Shown here in pieces: positions 37,455-46,803 of a DNA stretch of 64,000 nt (its first letter is position 1; the number at the start of each line of letters is the position of its first letter). The notes beneath the pieces were generated by a model. The model was not told the DNA's origin. It saw only the letters and a program-made list of their open reading frames with translations, and did no database searches. The DNA is from Candidatus Kaiserbacteria bacterium (GTDB lineage Bacteria; Patescibacteriota; Minisyncoccia; Phycocordibacterales; Phycocordibacteraceae). Where the stretch lies: assembly GCA_023264445.1 (NCBI GenBank), contig JAHFMN010000002.1, positions 66,365 to 130,364 of the forward strand. Direction: 5' to 3'. The position numbers and the translations under genes were made by a program.

Positions 37455-38918
37455 ATGTCGTACCGCATTCCGAATGAAGTCTCTAAAGTTTCTGAAACAC
37501 TCCGGAATGCCGGGTTCGAGACATATCTCGTCGGAGGATGCGTTCGGGACCTGATTATCGGCCTAGAACCTAAGGATTGGGACATTACTACCAACGCAAC
37601 TCCAGAGCAGATTCAGCAAGTATTTCCTGATTCTTTTTACGAAAATGACTACGGCACGGTAGGAGTGAAGACTGGCTCCGAAGATGCCCGTCTTGCTATC
37701 GTAGAAATAACCCCGTATCGCACCGAGTCAGAATATTCCGACAAGCGCCGACCAGACAAGGTAGAGTTTGGCACTTCCCTCTCTCAAGATCTCGCCCGCC
37801 GTGACTTCACCGTGAATGCCATCGCCCTCGATGACTCTAAAGGACAAATTATTGACCCGTTTGATGGTCAAAAGGACATAAAGGACAAGCTCGTGCGAGC
37901 GGTCGGTAATCCTTCTGAACGTTTCAATGAAGATGCGTTGCGGATGTTACGTGCAGTACGTCTTGTTGCCGAACTTGGATTTGGTATAGATGGCGAAACA
38001 GCAAAGGCAATAAGCGAAAATAGCAAGCATTTAAGCCATGTTTCACGTGAAAGAGTCCGGGACGAATTAACTCGTATACTGAACTCAAGTCAACCAATGA
38101 ATGCGCTAGTTCTCGCACAGCGACTAGGCATTCTCGAGCATATTTCTGCGGATCTCATCCGTGGTATCGGCGTTGAGCAGAATCAAGCCCATAGCTATGA
38201 TGTATTTGAGCATCTCATGCGCACCATGCAACACGCGGCTGACAAGGACTGGAACTTCGACATTCGCCTTGCCGGGTTATTCCATGATGTGTCAAAGCCG
38301 GAGACGAGGCGTTGGTCCGATGAGAAGAAGGATTGGACCTTCCATGGTCATGACGTAGTTGGTTCACGTGTAACAAAGAAAGCCCTAGAAGATCTTCATT
38401 TTTCACGTGAAATCATAGATAAGGTCGTAAAGTTGGTCAGATGGCATATGTTCTTCTCTGACCCTGATCAAATCACCCTTTCTGCCGTACGACGCATGAT
38501 TAAGAACGTTGGAGAAGAAAACATATGGGATTTACTTAACCTACGCATCTGCGACCGCATAGGCACTGGAAGGCCAAAGGAGCAGCCATTTCGCTTCCGT
38601 AAGTACAAGGCAATGGTTGAGCAGGCGCTTCGCGACCCTATTTCTGTAACTATGCTAAAGACCGGTGGCACCCACCTCATGGAGAAGTTCCACATGAAAC
38701 CAGGACCAAAAATCGGATGGACACTTAACGCACTTCTTGAGGAAATTCTTGATGATTCAGCTAAAAATACCGAGGAATACCTTGATAAAAGAGCAAGAGA
38801 GCTAATAGAGATGTCTGAAGAAGATCTAAAAAAGCTTGGTGAAGCAGGGAAGGAGCGTCGTGAGGCAGCAGAAGACGAGGAAATAAAGCAAATAATGGAT
38901 AAATATCACGTTTGTTAG
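37455..38918 (+). CDS. cca: CCA tRNA nucleotidyltransferase with HD domain
   Basis: LVGGCVRD, DWDITT, DLARRDFTVNA, EDALRMLRA, FHDVSKP. Confidence 0.92.
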   Translation: MSYRIPNEVSKVSETLRNAGFETYLVGGCVRDLIIGLEPKDWDITTNATPEQIQQVFPDSFYENDYGTVGVKTGSEDARLAIVEITPYRTESEYSDKRRPDKVEFGTSLSQDLARRDFTVNAIALDDSKGQIIDPFDGQKDIKDKLVRAVGNPSERFNEDALRMLRAVRLVAELGFGIDGETAKAISENSKHLSHVSRERVRDELTRILNSSQPMNALVLAQRLGILEHISADLIRGIGVEQNQAHSYDVFEHLMRTMQHAADKDWNFDIRLAGLFHDVSKPETRRWSDEKKDWTFHGHDVVGSRVTKKALEDLHFSREIIDKVVKLVRWHMFFSDPDQITLSAVRRMIKNVGEENIWDLLNLRICDRIGTGRPKEQPFRFRKYKAMVEQALRDPISVTMLKTGGTHLMEKFHMKPGPKIGWTLNALLEEILDDSAKNTEEYLDKRARELIEMSEEDLKKLGEAGKERREAAEDEEIKQIMDKYHVC

Positions 38919-38944
38919 ACGTGAAATGTGTTCCACGTGGAACA
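38039..38944. repeat. Cluster of parS-like palindromes
   Basis: TGTTTCACGTGAAAGA 38039, TGGTTCACGTGTAACA 38360, TTTTTCACGTGAAATC 38399, AGTTCCACATGAAACC 38686, perfect TGTTCCACGTGGAACA 38929-38944. Confidence 0.8.
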
Positions 38945-39231
38945 AAAAAGCTGCCCAGTGGCGATTGGAGATGAAAAGGAGCAGGGGCGTAAATGATGGT
39001 TCTCCAACCAGAGAAATTGGGGCAGCTTTTGTTTTTGCGTCTGGCGCTTCTCTACTCAAGGAAGCCATGCCGGAGGGCTTGTATCGCGGATCGCCGCGGA
39101 GCGGAGGCAGGAACCTCGCAGATAGCACTCTGACGCCGATGATTTTTAAAGAACGAAAAGGAACACCCGTCCTTTTCCTATAGTAGCGGAATAAAGGACA
39201 GTGTAAAGGACACTATGTGGATAAGTGTCCT

Positions 39232-39999
39232 TTATTGAATTGTTATAGAGACAGGGCAGTGGTCGGAACCAAAGATATCGGGGTGGATATCGCCTTTCTT
39301 CACGCGCCTCATGAACTCGCTTACTACGAAGAAGTAATCAATGCGCCAACCGACGTTTCTATCGCGCGCGTGGGTGAACATATCCCAGTAGCTGTAAGCG
39401 TCTTTCGTCTGGGGGTGGAAATGACGAAATGTGTCAATGTAGCCGGCGGCTACGACCTCATCTATCCAGGCGCGTTCTTCAGGGAGAAAGCCCGTCGTAT
39501 CTTCGTTTGCCTTTGGCCGGGCTAAGTCTATTTCCTCATGGGCAGTGTTGATGTCGCCGGTGAATATGACTGGCTTTTTCTTCCGTAATTTCTCTGCAAA
39601 TGACAGAAAGGCATCATAAAAACGCATTTTGTAGTCAAGCCGGTGAGGGCCCTGGCCGCCGTTAGGGAAGTAGGCGTTTAAGAGCCAGAAATCTTCATAT
39701 TCGGCCCCGATGAGGCGCCCCTCCTCATCAAATTCCTTTATTCCCATTCCGTATATGACATTCAAAGGTTCGACCTTGGAATAGAGGGCGACGCCGCTGT
39801 AGCCCTTCTTGACCTGGGAGGAGGAAAAGAAAGCTGAATAGCCAGCGGGGGAGAGGAATTCTTCTGAAAGCTGTTCCGGGCTCGCTTTCGTCTCTTGGAG
39901 GCAGAAAATATCTGGTTTTGTTCCCTTCAAAAATGACTCCCAATAGCCGTTTTTCCCAAGCGAGCGCAAACCGTTCACGTTCCACGATACGATTCTCAT
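39232..39999 (-). CDS. xth: Exodeoxyribonuclease III
   Basis: SWNVNGLR, CLQETK, GYSGVA, GDINTAH, GWRIDYF, SDHCP. Confidence 0.96.
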   Translation of the reverse strand: MRIVSWNVNGLRSLGKNGYWESFLKGTKPDIFCLQETKASPEQLSEEFLSPAGYSAFFSSSQVKKGYSGVALYSKVEPLNVIYGMGIKEFDEEGRLIGAEYEDFWLLNAYFPNGGQGPHRLDYKMRFYDAFLSFAEKLRKKKPVIFTGDINTAHEEIDLARPKANEDTTGFLPEERAWIDEVVAAGYIDTFRHFHPQTKDAYSYWDMFTHARDRNVGWRIDYFFVVSEFMRRVKKGDIHPDIFGSDHCPVSITIQ

Positions 40000-40105
40000 C
40001 CCGTCATTCTATACCCCATATGAGATTTTTCATTATATGCGTCGGTTAACAAAGGACGGATTTTGTACTACGATATGAACAGGTTGGCTCTGGAGGAGTA
40101 GTGCG

Positions 40106-40408
40106 ATGGACGACGAAGAGACAAGTGCCGAGGAGATTCTTAACCAGCTATCAAATTTTCACGCTGATCTGATGTTGTGCCCACGGCCTGCCCGTTCCGC
40201 CAAAGCGAGAGCGAAAAGAGCGAATATAGAGAGGAAGATACGGGAGATTGTGGGAAAACATCGAGAAACGCTCCTAACCGAGCTCTTGTCGGAGGTGATG
40301 TTCCTTCATCAACACGATGATGATTTCGGAAAGGCGCTTCGGGAGCTGGTAATCCATCATCCGATGAGGATGCTGATCGCTAACACCCTCATCAAATCGT
40401 TGTCGTAA
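40106..40408 (+). CDS. Hypothetical protein (100 aa)
   Basis: Strong SD GGAGGAG; terminator AACGGCACC-CTCGA-GGTGCCGTT at about 40430-40452. Confidence 0.6.
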   Translation: MDDEETSAEEILNQLSNFHADLMLCPRPARSAKARAKRANIERKIREIVGKHRETLLTELLSEVMFLHQHDDDFGKALRELVIHHPMRMLIANTLIKSLS

Positions 40409-40473
40409 GCGAGCGGCTCTTTTAGCGTCAACGGCACCCTCGAGGTGCCGTTTCGCTTTGTGCTCAATACAAA

Positions 40474-41394
40474 CTAGCTACGAGTTTTGCCGTGGAATTT
40501 TTTGTGGATTTCGCGCAGATGCGAATCGGTGATATGCGTGTAGATTTGCGTGGTATTGATAGAAGCATGGCCGAGAAGCTGTTGAACCGAACGGATGTCG
40601 GCACCATTAGAGAGTAGATCGGTGGCAAATGCGTGGCGAAGCGTGTGCGGTGTCACGACGTTCGTGATGCCGGCGTGCGCCACGTATACCTTTAGGTGCC
40701 GTTGCACATCTCTTGGCGTGATGCGATGCAATGCATTCGGTCGGCCGTCGACAAAAAGCGCCTCCTCCATATCCTTTCTTGCTTTTAGATACTCGCGCAC
40801 GGCTACTTTTGCAGCAGAGGAAAGAAAGACGACTCTCACTTTCTCACCTTTGCCGCGTACCGATAATTCATCACGCGAGAGATCAATGTCGGCATTGAGC
40901 GCGCACAGCTCGGATACGCGCAATCCGGTAGAAAATAAGAGTTCAAGAATGGCGCTATCGCGCAGATAGGGAAGTGCTTTCTCGGGATCCGTCTCCTTTT
41001 CAAATGCTACTCGCGGTGCACGCATCAGCCGCTCAAGCTCAGCAGGGGTAATGAGGTCAATCTGGCGCTCCGGAAGCTTCGCGAGCTCTATTTTCTCTGG
41101 AGAAATTGCCTTGATATCGCGCTTGCGGAGGAACTTCAGAAATGCGCGGAGTGCGATCATATAGTAGTTCTGGGTGCGGCGCTTCATGGAGTCACTTTTG
41201 GTTCCGGGCTGGCGATTTAGCCAGAGGCGGAAATCGCGAACGTTTTGTTCAGTGATGTCGCCGACCTCCTGTATCTCCATCTGGGTGAAATAGCGCGTGA
41301 GGTATCGGTCGTAATTTTCAATAGTCTTTACGGCGCGTCCGCGCTCTATCTCGATGTGTTCGAGAAACTGTCGTTTTGCCGTTTCAGCGTCCAT
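40474..41394 (-). CDS. XerC/XerD-like tyrosine recombinase
   Basis: TGLRVSEL, GKGEKVR, HTLRHAFAT, LLGHASINTTQIY; SAM-like N-domain. Confidence 0.92.
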   Translation of the reverse strand: MDAETAKRQFLEHIEIERGRAVKTIENYDRYLTRYFTQMEIQEVGDITEQNVRDFRLWLNRQPGTKSDSMKRRTQNYYMIALRAFLKFLRKRDIKAISPEKIELAKLPERQIDLITPAELERLMRAPRVAFEKETDPEKALPYLRDSAILELLFSTGLRVSELCALNADIDLSRDELSVRGKGEKVRVVFLSSAAKVAVREYLKARKDMEEALFVDGRPNALHRITPRDVQRHLKVYVAHAGITNVVTPHTLRHAFATDLLSNGADIRSVQQLLGHASINTTQIYTHITDSHLREIHKKFHGKTRS

Positions 41395-41507
41395 TAGAAA
41401 CCAGTATAAGGCAATATTGTGCGTACGGTATAAATAGAATGCTGTGCGAGGCTCAGATTCCGCGATACTTGTGCAAATAAGCAAGATATGGTAGGGTGAG
41501 CAGACTC

Positions 41508-41774
41508 ATGCTTACCACTAAGAAAAAGGCGGCCATTATAAAAGGTACCGCCCGACACGACTCTGACACCGGCTCGCCGGATGTACAGGTCGCGCTTCTC
41601 TCAAAGCAGATTGATGATCTTGCGAAGCATCTGAAGAAGAATCCGAAGGATGTGCATTCCCGCCGGGGGCTCTTGCAGATGGTCGCTGACCGTCGCTCGC
41701 ACCTGCGCTATCTCGAGACGAATGATAAGCGTCGCTACAACGCGATTATCAAGAAACTTGGTCTCAAGAAGTAA
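41508..41774 (+). CDS. rpsO: 30S ribosomal protein S15
   Basis: DTGSPDVQVALL...HLKKNPKDVHSRRGLL. Confidence 0.97.
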   Translation: MLTTKKKAAIIKGTARHDSDTGSPDVQVALLSKQIDDLAKHLKKNPKDVHSRRGLLQMVADRRSHLRYLETNDKRRYNAIIKKLGLKK

Positions 41775-41939
41775 GCTGGATTACCAGCTTGCTCCCTACG
41801 CTCGATTCGGACGAATCAAGTAAGAACTTATTCGTCGCTCGTCTCGCTTGGTAGTAAGCCCCTTTCTGGGTGGTATCATGAGGGAAGGTAGTCTCCGACT
41901 ACTATTTAATAGTTTTGTTTTCATAAGTATTTATTTTCT

Positions 41940-42455
41940 ATGGCAGTTATCAAACATCCGGCTCAGCGTGTGGGCGTATTCATTGACACGCAAAATCTCT
42001 ATCACAGTGCCAAGCATCTCTACAAAGCGCGCGTGAACTTCGCAAAAGTGCTTGAAGAGGCCGTGGGCGGGCGCATTCTCGTCCGCGCCATTGCCTACGT
42101 CATCTCGACCGAAGCGGGCGATGAGAAGAACTTCTTTGAAGCACTCACGAAGATAGGCATCGAGACCAAGGTGAAGGATTTACAGGTCTTCGCCGATGGC
42201 GCGAAGAAGGCTGATTGGGACGTCGGCCTCGCCGTCGATGCGGTTAAACTTGCTCCCAAGCTCGACACGGTCATTCTCGCGACCGGCGACGGCGACTTTA
42301 TCCCGCTCATCCAGTATCTAGATATGAATGAGGGGTGCCAGGTGGAGGTCATCTCCTTCGGCAAGTCTTCATCGGCAAAACTCAAAGAGGTTGCGCATGC
42401 ATTTACCGACATGTGCGACGATCCGCGCAAATTTACTATCGCTTCACGCTCCTAA
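41940..42455 (+). CDS. NYN domain (LabA/DUF88) protein
   Basis: VFIDTQNL, KADWDVGLAVD, ATGDGDF. Confidence 0.9.
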   Translation: MAVIKHPAQRVGVFIDTQNLYHSAKHLYKARVNFAKVLEEAVGGRILVRAIAYVISTEAGDEKNFFEALTKIGIETKVKDLQVFADGAKKADWDVGLAVDAVKLAPKLDTVILATGDGDFIPLIQYLDMNEGCQVEVISFGKSSSAKLKEVAHAFTDMCDDPRKFTIASRS

Positions 42456-42516
42456 GGAGTCCTATTTCTACTCATAAACCGCTTCCTGCGGGTTTAATGG
42501 GTTATCATAGTATGTG

Positions 42517-43599
42517 ATGGATGAAAACGCGGTCGTAACGGATGCTGTCCCACACGCTGGAGAGCAGAAAAAATATATCCGTACGTTTGGGCGCGACATG
42601 GAAATCCTGCAAAAAGGCGGCACGCCTGATCTCGCGCCGTTTCATAAGGCCCAGGAAGCGGCGCCACAGCCCAAACCGCAGCCCCCGAAAGAAGAGATAA
42701 GGTCATTCCCGGTGCCGCCGCCGCTTGAAGCGCCGCCGCGCCCGACAGAAATAGGGAGGTCGCCACTACCACTGAAGACATACGGAGGTGATTTCTCGAC
42801 CCGGATGAAAGAAACACGCGCTTCGACCGCCACCGTGCTAGCAGCAGAGCAGGACTCCACGTTTCGTCCGAGCGCTGCTTCGCCGGAGCAATTTTCACGC
42901 AGTGGCCTGATCTTCAGCATCGCCGGCGTGCTGCTCCTTATCCTCGGTGCCGCCGGCGCTTATATCGCATACACACGCTATCTTTCCGTGTCGGCACCAG
43001 TTGTGCTTACTCTTTCGGTGAAAGCGCCGATATTTGTTGATGAACGTGAACAGATTGCCGGTACTGGTCTCGCTCTGTCGCGTGCGATTGCGGAGTCGGT
43101 GGCGCATCCGATAACACAAGGAGCCGTCCGGCTTCTGTACACCGAGGGCGCGACCACGACGAGCATTTTTTCAGCTCTCCAAGAGCCCGCGCCAGGCTCG
43201 CTGCTCCGGAATATTTCAGCCGCTTCAAGCATGGCGGGCGTCATACGTATCAAAGGAAGCCAGAGCCCGTTCTTCATACTCTCCATCACCTCCTTCAGTA
43301 ACACGTTCGCCGGCATGCTTGAATGGGAGCGTGTCATGCCGCGCGATCTCGCTCAATTCTTCCCCCCATACGCTTCCGGACAGACTGCATCTTCCACCAC
43401 TGCGACCTCTACCCCAGTGGCAATAGCCGAGTGGCGTGACGAGGTCATTGCAAACCATGATGCACGTGTGTATCGCGATACATCGGGTCGGAGCGTTCTT
43501 CTCTACGGATATTGGGACCAAGCGACCCTCGTTATCGCCCGCGATCCTGCTGCTTTTACCGAAATACTAGCCCGTCTGGCAACGTCCCATACGCGTTAA
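42517..43599 (+). CDS. Hypothetical single-pass membrane protein
   Basis: Pro-rich N-terminal part with RT(F/Y)xxD motifs, central TM, C-domain FAGMLEWE. Confidence 0.7.
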   Translation: MDENAVVTDAVPHAGEQKKYIRTFGRDMEILQKGGTPDLAPFHKAQEAAPQPKPQPPKEEIRSFPVPPPLEAPPRPTEIGRSPLPLKTYGGDFSTRMKETRASTATVLAAEQDSTFRPSAASPEQFSRSGLIFSIAGVLLLILGAAGAYIAYTRYLSVSAPVVLTLSVKAPIFVDEREQIAGTGLALSRAIAESVAHPITQGAVRLLYTEGATTTSIFSALQEPAPGSLLRNISAASSMAGVIRIKGSQSPFFILSITSFSNTFAGMLEWERVMPRDLAQFFPPYASGQTASSTTATSTPVAIAEWRDEVIANHDARVYRDTSGRSVLLYGYWDQATLVIARDPAAFTEILARLATSHTR

Positions 43600-43620
43600 A
43601 TCGTCTGGTATCATTGAAGA

Positions 43621-43968
43621 ATGCGAACGGTACATTTTCGGAAGAAACTTGAGGCCGAGAAAGAAAAACTAGAATCGGAAATGGGAAGCGTCGGCCGTAA
43701 AAATCCCGTCGTTCCGGGCGATTGGGAAGCTATTCCCTCTGAAATTGGTAACGAAGCGGACCTTGCCGACCAAGCCGATGTGGTCATGAGCCGCGCAAAC
43801 AACGCTGCCATTCTTGCTGACCTTGAGGCGCGTTATGACACCGTGCTCGATGCGCTCGCGAGGATAGAGAAGAAAATGTACGGGAAGTGCGAGGTCTGCC
43901 ACAAGGAAATAGAAGACGCACGGCTCGAAGCAGACTCAGCGGCGACGACCTGCACGAAGCATTTGTAA
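43621..43968 (+). CDS. TraR/DksA family transcriptional regulator
   Basis: DLADQA tip motif; ALARI...YGKCEVC..EI...RLEA...C..H. Confidence 0.88.
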   Translation: MRTVHFRKKLEAEKEKLESEMGSVGRKNPVVPGDWEAIPSEIGNEADLADQADVVMSRANNAAILADLEARYDTVLDALARIEKKMYGKCEVCHKEIEDARLEADSAATTCTKHL

Positions 43969-43974
43969 TACCTC

Positions 43975-45555
43975 ATGCGCCCTTCTTCGCCACAGGCATC
44001 GAAGGGCGCCGTACGTCGCGCTCCTGCAAAAAAAGTATCGCAAACAGGGTATGCGAAGACCTTTGCCGCACAGCCCGTCGGCTCAAGTGCAGAAGTGGTT
44101 TCAGTTGAAGCCGACCTCACACGCGGACTGCATGCGTTTTCCATCGTAGGTCTTGCGGACAAGGCGGTGGAGGAGGCGCGCGATCGTTTAAGCGCCGCAA
44201 TACGTCATTCCGGCTATAAGTCGCCCAAGCAGCAGAACAAGCGCATTGTCCTCTCGCTCTCGCCTGCAGATTTAAAAAAGGAAGGTTCGCATTATGACCT
44301 GGCGCTCGCGCTCGCGTACCTCATCGCCGCAGAGGACCTCGCACCGCTTGAAGAGGAAATGTTGTTTGCCGGCGAGCTTGCACTTGATGGGACGCTGCGC
44401 AGCGTGCGAGGCATTCTTCCGCAGGTGCTTGCCGCCAAGCGCCGCGGCGTGAAGACGATATTCGTCCCGCCAGGAAATGCACGCGAAGCGCTGCTTGCAG
44501 AGGGTGTGAGCGTATATGCGCCAGCAACGCTTGCGGAACTCTTGCAGCATTTGAAAAAAGAAAAGCCATTGCCGCGCCTTCTACGCGACAGGCGTTCGCC
44601 GGTTGTGCCGCTTTCGCTTGACCTGAAGGATGTGAAAGGGCAGGAGAGTGCAAAGCGCGCACTCGAAATAGCCGCTGCCGGGCGCCATAATATCGTTTTC
44701 TATGGCCCGCCGGGCACTGGTAAGACGATGCTCGCTCGCGCGCTCTCCGGAATCCTCCCGTCTCTCTCCGATGACGATATGCTCGAGGTAACCGCCATTC
44801 ACTCGACTGCGGGTCTTCTCGCAGAAGGCGAAGCAGTCCATTGGCCGCCGTTTCGTGCACCGCACCACTCCATATCGCACGTCGCCATCGTGGGCGGAGG
44901 CGCGTTCCCGAAAGCAGGTGAAGTGACCCTTGCGCACAAAGGTGTCTTGTTTCTGGACGAATTTCCAGAGTTTGATTCCCGTACACTTGAAGCGCTGCGA
45001 CAGCCGCTTGAGGATCGCGTCGTTACCGTCTCGCGTGCTCGGGCGAGTGTTACGTTCCCGGCCGACTGCATGATTGTCGCAGCGATGAACCCGGCGGATT
45101 CTCTTTCGGAAGACTCACGCGTGGCGATACGCGCTGCGGCGAAGCAGGCGCGGCGCATTTCGCGCCCCATCGTTGACCGTCTTGACCTCTGGATAGAAGT
45201 GCCGCTCGTTCCGCATGATACGCTCGCGAAATTAAGTACCGGCGAGCCGTCCGAAGAAGTACGCACACGCGTTATTGCCGCCCGGGCCCGCGCCGAAAAA
45301 CGCACCGGCAAACGTGGCGCGACAAATGCGGCTCTTACGGGTCGTGAACTTGATGAAAAAAGCGGCTTCAGTGCGGAGGCAAAAGAGACACTCATGCAAT
45401 CTGCCGCGCGTCTCCGTCTCTCGCCGCGCAGTTATCACCGCACGATGCGCGTAGCACGTACTATTGCTGACCTCGCTGGTGCTGATGTCGTCACGCCCGC
45501 CTTCGTGCACGAAGCGCTTCAATACCGCCCCCGGGGCCTCTTTGGATTTGAATAA
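43975..45555 (+). CDS. comM: ComM/YifB Mg-chelatase-like ATPase
   Basis: [44 protein letters not shown]. Confidence 0.93.
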   Translation: MRPSSPQASKGAVRRAPAKKVSQTGYAKTFAAQPVGSSAEVVSVEADLTRGLHAFSIVGLADKAVEEARDRLSAAIRHSGYKSPKQQNKRIVLSLSPADLKKEGSHYDLALALAYLIAAEDLAPLEEEMLFAGELALDGTLRSVRGILPQVLAAKRRGVKTIFVPPGNAREALLAEGVSVYAPATLAELLQHLKKEKPLPRLLRDRRSPVVPLSLDLKDVKGQESAKRALEIAAAGRHNIVFYGPPGTGKTMLARALSGILPSLSDDDMLEVTAIHSTAGLLAEGEAVHWPPFRAPHHSISHVAIVGGGAFPKAGEVTLAHKGVLFLDEFPEFDSRTLEALRQPLEDRVVTVSRARASVTFPADCMIVAAMNPADSLSEDSRVAIRAAAKQARRISRPIVDRLDLWIEVPLVPHDTLAKLSTGEPSEEVRTRVIAARARAEKRTGKRGATNAALTGRELDEKSGFSAEAKETLMQSAARLRLSPRSYHRTMRVARTIADLAGADVVTPAFVHEALQYRPRGLFGFE

Positions 45556-45566
45556 TATTTGCGAGC

Positions 45567-46625
45567 TTATTGCGGAAAGCACACGCTACCCACGCGACAG
45601 TAACGGAAGGGATTTGCAGCACCACGGACTTCGAAGTGGAGGTGCGGACCAGTCGCTCGACCGCTTGCGCCGAGATAGCCGATGACCTGTCCAGAAAGGA
45701 CGGATTGGCCCGGAGAGACGGCAACACTTCTCATGTGCGAGTAGAGAGTCTGGGAGCCATTCTCGTGAGTGATAACGACATAGTTGCCGTAGCCGCCGTT
45801 CCATCCGCCGCCTCCTCGCGCGATGATGACGACGCCATCTGCAGCAGCATGAATCGGCGTGCCGCGTGCACCCCCGATGTCAACGCCGTTCCAACCATGG
45901 ATTCCTTGCGTAAGGATGCTGCCCGGAACGGGATTGCTGTAATAACCCGTCTGTGCGGCACCACCACCGCCAAGATACGGTTCTGATTTTGGCACAGGAG
46001 CGCGCGATGGGGCTGCTGCCGGTGCTTGCGTAATGAGCTCGCCGCCCGGAATGATGATAGTGGAGCCAACCGCAAGCGGCGCGGAAGGGTCAAGACCGTT
46101 GAAAGTCGCGATTTCGTCTGCATCCGCCCCGTATTTCTTTGCGAGCGATTTCAATGTGTCGCCTTTTACTACCACGCGCTCGATGCCTGAGACGGGTAGG
46201 ATGATGAGCGTATCGCCCGGATGCACGTCTTTCGCGCTCTTGAGGTTGTTTGCCCACATGATGGTGTTGATCGAGACATCAAACATCTTCGCGATATCCG
46301 AGAGCGTATCGCCTGCGCGTACGACATACACCGAAATGCGATCGGACTGCGTTTCTCCGGTAACATCCGCAACCGTGCCGGAGGGCCCGCTGTAGGAGAC
46401 GAGCGCCCCGCCTGAGGTAGCGAGTGCTATGGGCGCGCCCGCATTCGGATCTCTATTTATGGAGGCGACAAGCGCTGGCGTTGTGGCACTGGGGATGAAT
46501 GTGTTTACGGCAGCATCTGCTTGGGTAGAAAACGGCCAGAACGCGCTTGCGTAGTGTGGCAGAAGGAGGACTGCGCCGAAGATGGCTGCAAATCCCGGTA
46601 TGAGAAATTGTTTGTTGGAAGTGAT
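45567..46625 (-). CDS. LysM x2 + M23 peptidase; true start probably non-canonical
   Basis: LysM repeats, HGWNGVD, YGNYV..H, HLHFEV. The frame stays open to 46652 and encodes a signal peptide, but has no ATG/GTG/TTG above 46331. Confidence 0.8.
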   Translation of the reverse strand: MTSNKQFLIPGFAAIFGAVLLLPHYASAFWPFSTQADAAVNTFIPSATTPALVASINRDPNAGAPIALATSGGALVSYSGPSGTVADVTGETQSDRISVYVVRAGDTLSDIAKMFDVSINTIMWANNLKSAKDVHPGDTLIILPVSGIERVVVKGDTLKSLAKKYGADADEIATFNGLDPSAPLAVGSTIIIPGGELITQAPAAAPSRAPVPKSEPYLGGGGAAQTGYYSNPVPGSILTQGIHGWNGVDIGGARGTPIHAAADGVVIIARGGGGWNGGYGNYVVITHENGSQTLYSHMRSVAVSPGQSVLSGQVIGYLGASGRATGPHLHFEVRGAANPFRYCRVGSVCFPQ

Positions 46626-46803
46626 AAGTGTGAAGGCGGTCGGTGGGTCTTTCTAAATACAAGAATGGCTTACATACGCCGTATATAAGCCATCCCTTGA
46701 ATACTGTCGTATCAGTCGATAGGGAAAGTATAGCCCCCTAGGAGAGGTAGTCAATGAGCCGGGAAATTGCCTGTGGAGAGCTACTTTGCGCTATAGTCCA
46801 TAA

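Noticed and set aside
38926-39183. 85-aa ORF after cca
   Set aside because: Starts inside the parS palindrome, has no motifs, and has an equally weak ORF on the opposite strand.
40474-41394. Tyrosine recombinase as a prophage/ICE/integron integrase
   Set aside because: Size and motifs fit a housekeeping Xer; it is flanked by rpsO and xth, and no att repeats, attC arrays or phage genes were seen.
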